Below, in pieces: positions 16,847 to 24,081 of a DNA stretch of 64,000 nucleotides. Below the pieces are notes generated by a model that saw only the letters and a list, made by a program, of their open reading frames with translations, did no database searches and was not told the DNA's origin. The translations under genes were made by a program, and so were the position numbers. How positions within the stretch are numbered: position 1 is the first letter of the stretch; each line of letters starts with the position of its first letter. Source of the DNA: a virus; IMG/VR virus record IMGVR_UViG_3300042869_000676, positions 1 through 64,000 of that record; one strand, 5' to 3'.

Positions 16847-17280
16847 TTGTAAAAAATATGATTTTCGATTGTAACTGTTGCAAGCATTTTTTTATTCCAA
16901 GATGGATTTATTTTTGTCGTGTGATAAAACTGTGCGTTTTTCGTGTAATTAGTGGAGCCAAGATTTTGAGCAATTTTGAGAGCGTTTGACCATTTCTTGT
17001 GTTTCTTTGCTTTGTTGATCTCAGCTTCAACATCTTTGCCGTTCCAACAAGAGAACTGTTTGCGCTGCAAACAAACTTGCATTGGCGAAAGTTTGCGCGA
17101 GATTGAACGGTTGTAAATCACTTCGGCAACAGCAGACATTGCGCGAAAATCGCGCTCGCCGCCAGCCTCGGCAATCAAAGTTGCGGCGACAATCTCAGTT
17201 GCGCTGACTGTTACAACCGATTTGCTGTGCAATGAGTTCAGCCCAGAAAAAAACGCGAGGAGAAGGCAAAGGGATTTCAT
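16843..17280 (-). CDS. cell wall hydrolase, SleB/Hydrolase_2 family
   Basis: Signal peptide, TLIAEAGGE, AVAEVIYNR, QFSCWN, FYH...PSW...IENHIFYK. Confidence 0.88.
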   Translation of the reverse strand: MKSLCLLLAFFSGLNSLHSKSVVTVSATEIVAATLIAEAGGERDFRAMSAVAEVIYNRSISRKLSPMQVCLQRKQFSCWNGKDVEAEINKAKKHKKWSNALKIAQNLGSTNYTKNAQFYHTTKINPSWNKKMLATVTIENHIFYK

Positions 17281-17368
17281 TTTTGTTGAGGTGTTGAATG
17301 GTTTGGTAACGGGAAAAGTTGTTTGCGATAAAGATTTCAGCGAGTTCGTATTCGTTCATTTTTTTTGA

Positions 17369-17389
17369 GGGGTAGGGGTAGGAAAATTT
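17369..17389 (+). repeat. GGGGTAGGGGTAGGAAAATTT mini-element
   Basis: Same unit as the 17790 array. Confidence 0.85.
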
Positions 17390-17621
17390 AACCAGACGAG
17401 TCAGCCCAGAAAGCTAATTTCTTAGATGGCGAAATGTAAAGGGATTCGTGCATAGAAAGCCGAATTTCTTTCAAGTCGGTTACGTCGGACAAAACGGCGG
17501 GGCGAGTTTTCCAGCCGTTTGCTGCGCCAAGATTAGTATAGCCAAGTACGTCGTTGAAAAAATTAACTTCAATTTTTTCGCCGTTTAACAAGAGGGTTTT
17601 TTTTCCGTGAATGTTGGTCAT
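17388..17621 (-). CDS. hypothetical protein, leaderless
   Basis: TTGCAA-17-TAGTTT (17656-17628), 6 nt before ATG. Confidence 0.65.
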   Translation of the reverse strand: MTNIHGKKTLLLNGEKIEVNFFNDVLGYTNLGAANGWKTRPAVLSDVTDLKEIRLSMHESLYISPSKKLAFWADSSG

Positions 17622-17789
17622 GGCTAAAAACTATTTTTTTTTCGTGGTGGTTGCAAGTTTTTTTTTAGATTTATTTTTTATTTTTTGAGAAAAAAGCTTG
17701 ACAAGAGTTTCGGCAAATAGTAAAGGTGAATGAGTTCTGTTCTAATAACAAACATGAAAGGTGAACGTGTTAATACCTAATAACAAATC

Positions 17790-17954
17790 TAGGGGTAGGA
17801 AAATTTTTAGGGGTAGGGGTAGGAAAATTTTTAGGGGTAGGGGTAGGGGTAGGAAAATTTTTAGGGGTAGGGGTAGGAAAATTTTTAGGGGTAGGGGTAG
17901 GAAAATTTTTAGGGGTAGGGGTAGGGGTAGGAAATTTTTAGGGGTAGGGGTAGG
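17790..17954 (+). repeat. compound array [(GGGGTA)n GG AAAATTTTTA], n=1,2,3,2,2,3,2
   Basis: Direct reading, 15 GGGGTA units. Confidence 0.95.
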
Positions 17955-17988
17955 CGTTTTGAGATTAGGTCTCAACTTCAATAAACGG

Positions 17989-18050
17989 CGTGGAACATTT
18001 CGGCACCGTGGAACATTTTCGTGGAACATTTCGCGCAGCGTGGAACATTT
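17989..18050 (+). repeat. CGTGGAACATTT x4 (parS half-site quartet 2)
   Basis: Copies at 17989, 18007, 18020, 18039. Confidence 0.92.
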
Positions 18051-18135
18051 TGGCGTGCCAACCTCGTTTTTTTAGCAAAGATTTTTTTTTATTTTTTAGT
18101 CGTTTTTTTTCGTTGGGTGTGGTTTATTTCCTGCG

Positions 18136-18852
18136 ATGAAAAAAACACTTCCCTTGCTTGCTTTCGGCGCGGACGCGAAAACGTCAAAAGGCGCTTTGCT
18201 TAATTACTTGACGGGCATTTTATACTTGGCTCCGGCCAATGAAGGAGGATTTGGAAATCTTTGCGTGAATGCTTCGGCGGGTTGTCTCTTGTCCTGCCTT
18301 TTCACGGCGGGGCGGGGTCGGATGTCAAACGTTCGCCTCGGTCGAATTCGGAAGACACGTTTATTTTTTACGGATAAAAAAGCATTTTTTGAACAGTTAG
18401 AAAAGGACATCGCGCGCGGCATGAAACGGGCGGCGAAATTGGGGCTAGGGTATTGCGTGCGGCTGAACGGGACGAGCGACGTTCCCTGGGAACGTTTGGG
18501 GATTTTCGAAAAATTTCCGTCCGTGCAATTTTATGATTACACGAAAAGCGTTTCGCGTGCGCTCGCGCACGCTCGCGGGGAAATGCCGTCGAATTATTAT
18601 TTGACGTTTTCGCGCTCTGAATCAAACGAAACGGACGCGCTCGCAGTGTTGGCTGCGGGCGGCAACGTTGCGGCGGTGTTTTCCTCGCCGAATTACCCGC
18701 AAACGTGGAAAGGGTTTGAAGTGGTGGACGGTGACAAGTCGGATCTGCGTTTTTTAGACAAGCGGGGCGGCGCTGTGGTTGCGTTGTATGCGAAGGGAAA
18801 AGCGAAAAAGGACGCAAGCGGCTTCGTCATTCAAACGGGGGGCGGCGCGTGA
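18136..18852 (+). CDS. GP88-like protein (Cys motif, radical-SAM-like)
   Basis: ILYLAPA, LCVNASAGCLLSCLFTAGRG, VRLNGTSD, QFYDYTK, NYYLTFS.SE, DGDKSDLRFLD, KGKAKKD. Confidence 0.7.
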   Translation: MKKTLPLLAFGADAKTSKGALLNYLTGILYLAPANEGGFGNLCVNASAGCLLSCLFTAGRGRMSNVRLGRIRKTRLFFTDKKAFFEQLEKDIARGMKRAAKLGLGYCVRLNGTSDVPWERLGIFEKFPSVQFYDYTKSVSRALAHARGEMPSNYYLTFSRSESNETDALAVLAAGGNVAAVFSSPNYPQTWKGFEVVDGDKSDLRFLDKRGGAVVALYAKGKAKKDASGFVIQTGGGA

Positions 18853-18920
18853 TTTCTTTTATCGTCTTTTTGGTGGTGCTCTGGTTTATGCTATCAAAGC
18901 AAAGGGCCAAGCGATAAAAC

Positions 18921-18952
18921 GGGGCGGGCCTAGCGGCTCGCCTCTTTTTTTT
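18921..18952 (+). terminator. intrinsic terminator
   Basis: GGGGCGGGCC-TAGC-GGCTCGCCTC then T8. Confidence 0.8.
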
Positions 18953-19001
18953 GTGCGCGTGTGCGCGTGTGCGCGTGTGCGCGTGTGCGCGTGTGCGCGT
19001 G
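18952..19001. repeat. (TGTGCGCG) x6 alternating purine-pyrimidine tract
   Basis: Direct reading. Confidence 0.95.
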
Positions 19002-19006
19002 ATGCG

Positions 19007-19120
19007 TAGGGGTAGGGGTAGGGGTAGGGGTAGGGGTAGGGGTAGGGGTAGGGGTAGGGGTAGGGGTAGGGGTAGGGGTAGGGGTAGGGGTAGGGGTAGG
19101 GGTAGGGGTAGGGGTAGGGG
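19007..19120 (+). repeat. (TAGGGG) x19 perfect array
   Basis: Direct reading. Confidence 0.95.
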
Positions 19121-19123
19121 CAC

Positions 19124-19153
19124 GAAAAAACCCGCCCTTTTCGGGGCGGGTCG
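19124..19153 (-). terminator. intrinsic terminator (identical to 15130-15159)
   Basis: GAAAAAACCCGCCCTTTTCGGGGCGGGTCG. Confidence 0.85.
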
Positions 19154-19177
19154 TTGGTTGCGTTGCGTTGCTTTGCG

Positions 19178-19708
19178 TTAGCTTACGCGGCGCACGCTCC
19201 GCACCGCAATCAAATTTTTTTCCCCTAGCGTATAACAAGCAAATTCCTTTTTCTCGGCAAATTCAGACGCGAGGCAAAGGGACTCGATCACGGCACGGGA
19301 GACGCTTTTCCCGTTGAGACGGAAAACGGTTTTGCAAGCGCGGGGCGTGCCGTCGCTGTTGTTCACGGGGTAAAGGCGGAGATAGAAAGCTCCCTTGTGC
19401 TCTATCAAACGATTCTCCATGCCGTCAACCCATTTGCCCCACGGTAAACCCTGATTCTCTGCGGGCGCGTCGCCATTGGCGCGGGCCTCGATGACCGATT
19501 GGCGGTTGTCGTGCTTTGCGCCGACTTGAACCGTTGAGCGGACTGATTTTGTGATGATGTCGGAAACTCCTTTGCGGGTTTTCATCGGGCGGCTCCATGA
19601 GACGCCAACAAATTGACCGGCGGGCACGCTCAAAAGTGCGGCGGCGATTGGTGACAAGGTGGCGGTTGCGGTTGCGGTTGCGGTGGCGGTGGCGGTGGCT
19701 GTTTTCAT
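19178..19708 (-). CDS. conserved phage hypothetical protein with N-terminal Thr-Ala repeat
   Basis: LPWGKWV...LIEHKGAFYLRLYP motif; own promoter region and terminator. Confidence 0.7.
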   Translation of the reverse strand: MKTATATATATATATATLSPIAAALLSVPAGQFVGVSWSRPMKTRKGVSDIITKSVRSTVQVGAKHDNRQSVIEARANGDAPAENQGLPWGKWVDGMENRLIEHKGAFYLRLYPVNNSDGTPRACKTVFRLNGKSVSRAVIESLCLASEFAEKKEFACYTLGEKNLIAVRSVRRVS

Positions 19709-19816
19709 ATGTGTTTTTTTTGTGTTGTTGTTGGTAACGAAAAACAGCGTGCATTTTTATTTGCCGAATTCAAGAAAAAAATCGCACGAACTATTTTTTT
19801 ATTTTTAGAAATTCGC

Positions 19817-19846
19817 TTGACACGTTTTTTGTTTTTTTGGTAGGAT
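19817..19846 (+). promoter_or_regulatory. sigma70-type promoter pointing into palindrome array
   Basis: TTGACA-18-TAGGAT with TG extension; no ORF downstream. Confidence 0.55.
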
Positions 19847-19854
19847 GCGAAAAA

Positions 19855-20005
19855 CACTATAGCGAATTCTATAGTGGCGCGAGGAAATGATATAGCGTTG
19901 TATCAAAAATGATATAGCACTATATCAAAAAGTATATAGCGCTATATACACCCCCCGCCCTTATATAAAAAAGTATATAGCGAATTGTATAGGGCGCGGG
20001 GGGGG
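19855..20005. repeat. array of five TATAGC-core palindromes plus C/G-rich inverted repeat
   Basis: 19855-19876, 19888-19905, 19910-19927, 19932-19949, 19973-19991; CCCCCCGCCC at 19951 vs GGGCGCGGGGGGGG at 19992. Confidence 0.88.
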
Positions 20006-20241
20006 ATGGTAATTCCTCACTCTACCATCAATTTAAACCATCTTAATTTAATTACCCCCAAGGCTATCTTTACTTATCTCACTTACATTTACTTGCTTTA
20101 CTTACCCTTGATTAGCTTATATATCTTACCTGTATATAAACATACCTAAAAGAAACACTATCCCCCCACCCTTTTCTGAGAAAATGAGAAAATATCTAAA
20201 AGAATAGGAACAAAAACTCACTTTCCGGGCGGGGGAGAATT

Positions 20242-20838
20242 TTACCTAGCCTTTGGCTTAATTCCTTCTTCTTCTAGCTGTTTATCATAGGCTAAAGAAA
20301 CGAGCATAGCTTCTTCATGTGTTTCAAAATAACCTAAATGTTTGCCGCATCTTTTAACACGGTATTTTTTAGATCCATCTTTAAACGTTAATATGAATAT
20401 TCCGTACTTATAATTTTTTAGTTTTTTATTGTTATTATTTTGCTTCATAGTAACTTCATATAAATTAGATATAGAGTTATTTAAGGGATTTTTATCTCTA
20501 TGATCTACAAGCATATTTATTTCAGGCCAACGCTTGTGATACATAGTATATAGCAAAGTATGAACATGGTGATTTTTTCTTTTAAACGAGGTCCTTTTGT
20601 ATCCGTTCCATATACTAGTAATCTCTTTGCCTGAATTTCTGTTAGTTAATGTGCCTTTTTCAAAATCAGCGATAAATGACTCCGACAAATCTTCTGGAGT
20701 TGGTCTATTTTTGTATTCAAAATAAAGCTTTACAAACTCGTCTATATCCATATGCTGGCTTCTTTTATAACGAAAAATCGCATCTTTTTCTTGAAAAGAC
20801 ATAGATAGCTCTTCTGGCTGTTGATTTTCTTGATTCAT
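20242..20838 (-). CDS. HNH homing endonuclease
   Basis: VDHRDKNPLNNSISNL and C-terminal HLGYFETHEEA (AP2-like). Confidence 0.85.
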   Translation of the reverse strand: MNQENQQPEELSMSFQEKDAIFRYKRSQHMDIDEFVKLYFEYKNRPTPEDLSESFIADFEKGTLTNRNSGKEITSIWNGYKRTSFKRKNHHVHTLLYTMYHKRWPEINMLVDHRDKNPLNNSISNLYEVTMKQNNNNKKLKNYKYGIFILTFKDGSKKYRVKRCGKHLGYFETHEEAMLVSLAYDKQLEEEGIKPKAR

Positions 20839-20841
20839 AAA

Positions 20842-21546
20842 TTAACCTTCGTTGAAAAATTCTCCGTGTAATTTTCGACCTATTTCATCTCGCCAAGCTT
20901 TAAGTATTTGAATTGTAGCTTCAACAAATTCTTTTTTAACAGTCATCGACTTGAAATATTTCTTCCCATTACAAGAAACACAAGCATCAACACGCACGCG
21001 ATCATCAGAAATAGAACGCACAAAAACACCTTTTACCCCTGATTTGTTACTTTCGTACAATGATTTGTTACTGGCGTTTTGAGAATTAGTACTTTCTCTT
21101 AGATTGCAAGGTCTATTATCTGTTTTATCTTCATTTATATGATCTACCTTATAGCCTTTTTTGGCCCAACGACCATTATGTAAACAAAAAATAATTTTAT
21201 TAAGAAAAACCGTAAAATAATAACCCTCAAATTTTATACTGGCTACTATATATCCCTGACGTTTTAAAAAGCCAACTTTATCACCAGCCTTTTTATTACC
21301 ACTGTTGTTTTTTAAAAACAAATTTCCATCTTCGTCATGATAATACATCTTAGCTAATTGTTCTGGAGAAATAACATCTTCAATCCTTTTTTTTGGCCCC
21401 TTATACTCCCAAACATCCATTGCATAGTTGAAGTTTTCTATTCCGCCGATTCTTTTTACTAAGAGTCTAATTTCAGCAAGCATTTCTGCCGTCACAATTA
21501 ACTCTTTTTTTTGATTTGTTTGTTTTGCTTTTTTAGTTAGCGCCAT
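20842..21546 (-). CDS. HNH homing endonuclease
   Basis: VDHINEDKTDNRPCNLRE...NKSGVKGV. Confidence 0.88.
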   Translation of the reverse strand: MALTKKAKQTNQKKELIVTAEMLAEIRLLVKRIGGIENFNYAMDVWEYKGPKKRIEDVISPEQLAKMYYHDEDGNLFLKNNSGNKKAGDKVGFLKRQGYIVASIKFEGYYFTVFLNKIIFCLHNGRWAKKGYKVDHINEDKTDNRPCNLRESTNSQNASNKSLYESNKSGVKGVFVRSISDDRVRVDACVSCNGKKYFKSMTVKKEFVEATIQILKAWRDEIGRKLHGEFFNEG

Positions 21547-21555
21547 ATAAATACT

Positions 21556-22077
21556 TTACTTAACCTTTTCCGCTAAAAGCGCCAACAACTCATTAGAGAT
21601 ATCTTCTTTATCTACCGTATAATCAGGAAGAGTAGTAGAAGAGCCTGAATAATGGTCAAATTCGGAAACTTGAACGTAATTCAACGGCCCCAAATGCGCC
21701 AAATAGCGACATTTTTCTTCGTTATAGTCTTCTGGAAGGTTATCGAACAACCAAACAGCGCCCGGTTCAATTTGAGGAATTTTGCCAGTGCGCCCGCGAA
21801 TATCCTCACGAGAGTATATATCTTCGGCCTCAAATCCAAAGGAAAAGGCTTTGTTCATGGCAAGAGCATAGTCTCTTGTAGCTACTGTGAGCATAAAAAC
21901 CTTAGCCTTCTTACGAGCTTGCTCAAGAAACGCGACAGAACATTCTCTAACCTTCGTATTATAATGCTCTTTTGAGCTTAAAGTTATCTTTTGATAACCG
22001 GGCATAACTGATTTGGAGAATAATCCATAAGTATGGATTAATGTTTCATCTAAGTCAACGAATATGTATTTGTTCAT
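21556..22077 (-). CDS. HAD-superfamily (NIF/FCP1-like) phosphatase
   Basis: FVDLDETLIHT, LT.A..DYA, LFDN. Confidence 0.8.
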   Translation of the reverse strand: MNKYIFVDLDETLIHTYGLFSKSVMPGYQKITLSSKEHYNTKVRECSVAFLEQARKKAKVFMLTVATRDYALAMNKAFSFGFEAEDIYSREDIRGRTGKIPQIEPGAVWLFDNLPEDYNEEKCRYLAHLGPLNYVQVSEFDHYSGSSTTLPDYTVDKEDISNELLALLAEKVK

Positions 22078-22109
22078 GTTATGCCTTAATTAAAAATATT
22101 AAAAATAGC

Positions 22110-22646
22110 TCAATCAAAGTTGCTAATTTGAATCCCAAGTACAAGGTCATCCCCAGTACTATCCTGTTTTTCAGTGTTTTCATTAAATTTTGGTATTTTG
22201 TGTAGGTATGGTTCTAAATCAAATCTTCCAGCGTGAAATTCGGCGTGGCAGTTCTTGCATAATGGGGCGCATTTCTGTAGTTCTTTTATAAGTTCTTCAT
22301 CATCTAATTTTCTTCTACACTCTCCTATCTCAAACTTTTTCTCTGACGGGACAATGTGATGAAAGTCTATTGCTTCCGGAACAGAATGTCCGCATCTGAT
22401 ACATGCGCCGCCTAAATGGTTAATATAACTAATTTTTAAACATCTTGCTACATCTCTCCTCGTTTTTAAATTTCTATGTGGAGTTTTATCATGGCATTCT
22501 TTACAACTTCCCCTAAGACCAAATCGACCTGCCTTATTCACATAGAAATCAGAGAAAAGCTTAAGCAATTTACAAGCACGACAAGTTTTATGTGTTACAG
22601 TTTGATGCGTCACTAAAGTATCAACTATTGTATCAGTTTGCGTCAT
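22110..22646 (-). CDS. HNH endonuclease with Zn fingers
   Basis: CRAC...CKEC, GGACIRCG...IDFHH...LCKNCHAEFH. Confidence 0.85.
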   Translation of the reverse strand: MTQTDTIVDTLVTHQTVTHKTCRACKLLKLFSDFYVNKAGRFGLRGSCKECHDKTPHRNLKTRRDVARCLKISYINHLGGACIRCGHSVPEAIDFHHIVPSEKKFEIGECRRKLDDEELIKELQKCAPLCKNCHAEFHAGRFDLEPYLHKIPKFNENTEKQDSTGDDLVLGIQISNFD

Positions 22647-22839
22647 TCAAATCCTCTTCATAAGGTGGCTGAGAACCATTTTTAATATAAAAAAACAATT
22701 CTTTTAAGCCTTTAACAAAGTCACGCCCGGCTTCTTTAGAGTTAAAGGTCATTTGAATCAAGAATGTTAAGCCTCCCAGCACAATAAAGGCTGGGATAGC
22801 TAATAGCGCCCAAATTAATCTAAAAACTAAGCTTTTCAT
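22633..22839 (-). CDS. small membrane protein
   Basis: MKSLVFRLIWALL... hydrophobic; likely start downstream of the ORF-track start. Confidence 0.5.
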   Translation of the reverse strand: MKSLVFRLIWALLAIPAFIVLGGLTFLIQMTFNSKEAGRDFVKGLKELFFYIKNGSQPPYEEDLNDAN

Positions 22840-22840
22840 T

Positions 22841-23440
22841 TTAGGTCCAAAACTTTTCGCGGTTTTTAACCACAAAGTCGCACAAAACTGTGTCGCATTC
22901 GTTAAGGTGTTTGTCCATTTCAATGTAAGCTGTGAAATTATCATTCTCTAAACTCAAAGCGTGATTGTGAATATCGTCTAAAAGCTTTTGCCGTCCACCT
23001 TTAGCGTAATCGTAAGCTTCTTTAAGTTGTTTAACGAATTGAATTTCCTTTTCAGTCTCTGAACAAATATGTTCAAGATATTTTTCTCTTTCAACTAGCT
23101 CAACAACGCAAGCAAGATGAAACAAAACAATAATTTCGACCATATCCATTTCTCCGCTCTTATCAAACACAGCGTTACGAAACTCTTTGCGTGGATGACG
23201 CAAGAAATTCTTGATTTTGCGCTTAATAAATCGGTAATTGGAACCAACTGAATAATAGCAATCATCATAAGTTTCTCTTAGGAAACGCTGAACAGGATAC
23301 TGAACGGACAAGTAAGCGTAATACTTGTCCCACTCTCTAAAACCTAGAGCGTATGGCGCAACGTACCACCCAGTAGGCCAAAACCATACTTTCTTTTCTG
23401 TTTTTTCTTTACCTTGTGAAATGTATTCTTCTGCTGTCAT
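22841..23440 (-). CDS. hypothetical protein
   Basis: Operon packing. Confidence 0.7.
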   Translation of the reverse strand: MTAEEYISQGKEKTEKKVWFWPTGWYVAPYALGFREWDKYYAYLSVQYPVQRFLRETYDDCYYSVGSNYRFIKRKIKNFLRHPRKEFRNAVFDKSGEMDMVEIIVLFHLACVVELVEREKYLEHICSETEKEIQFVKQLKEAYDYAKGGRQKLLDDIHNHALSLENDNFTAYIEMDKHLNECDTVLCDFVVKNREKFWT

Positions 23441-23445
23441 ATTAT

Positions 23446-24081
23446 TTAGAGTTCGATTGTTCTAGCAGTGTTAATTGGTTTGTATTGTTCAGTGCAGATA
23501 GCTGCATTAACAAACATAGTGTTGTTTTTAACTTCAATGCCGTAGCCATTGTGGATATGGCCAAAAACATGAAGCTTAAGTTTAAGGTTTTCAGTGATTG
23601 TAGTGAATAAGTTGGCGCATCCAACGTGAACATTGCCCGGAGCTTTGTCAAGAATACTCATAGGTGGACCATGAGTAATCAAAACATCAGTATTTTTTGG
23701 AATCAAGTTCCAATGTTCTTGAATAGCCAATCCGCGTTTGCGATTAAACGCCCAATCAAAGAATTCTGGTTGAACTGGCGATCCCCAAAAGTTTAAACCT
23801 TCAATTGTGACGCCTTCATCTTGAAGATAGTGAATGCCCGGCGGTATGATCGCGTTGATTTCAGAACGGCTTGCTTTTTCCATCCATTTATCATGATTAC
23901 CAGCGATAACAAGCTTGTATTTGTGCGGCAAAGAGCCGAACCATGCGAAAAACTCGACGCAATCAAAGTAATCGCCGCCATTACAAAAGTCTCCAGAGTG
24001 GATAATCATATCTCCATCTGGAATCTTACCTTTTAAATGACCGTGAAGTCCATGAGTGTCTGAAATACAAATAATTTTCAT
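23446..24081 (-). CDS. metallophosphoesterase
   Basis: CISDTHG, HSGDF, IAGNHD, LITHGPP, HVFGHIH. Confidence 0.9.
   Translation of the reverse strand: MKIICISDTHGLHGHLKGKIPDGDMIIHSGDFCNGGDYFDCVEFFAWFGSLPHKYKLVIAGNHDKWMEKASRSEINAIIPPGIHYLQDEGVTIEGLNFWGSPVQPEFFDWAFNRKRGLAIQEHWNLIPKNTDVLITHGPPMSILDKAPGNVHVGCANLFTTITENLKLKLHVFGHIHNGYGIEVKNNTMFVNAAICTEQYKPINTARTIEL

Noticed and set aside
19007-19120. Eukaryotic telomere or contamination (TAGGGG repeat)
   Set aside because: Internal, flanked by bacterial-type terminators and phage genes, and the same core recurs in four other compound arrays; exact copy number could still be an assembly estimate
14973-19238. ORF-track proteins with PTYPYL, LPLPLKIF, GRGRGR, PTPTPT or PLPLPL runs
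   Set aside because: They are translations of the non-coding GGGGTA arrays in several frames, cross terminators and lack credible starts
16141-20005. dif (XerCD) site downstream of the KOPS-like arrays
   Set aside because: No convincing XerD arm (TTATGTTAAAT-like) found by eye; a profile search would be needed
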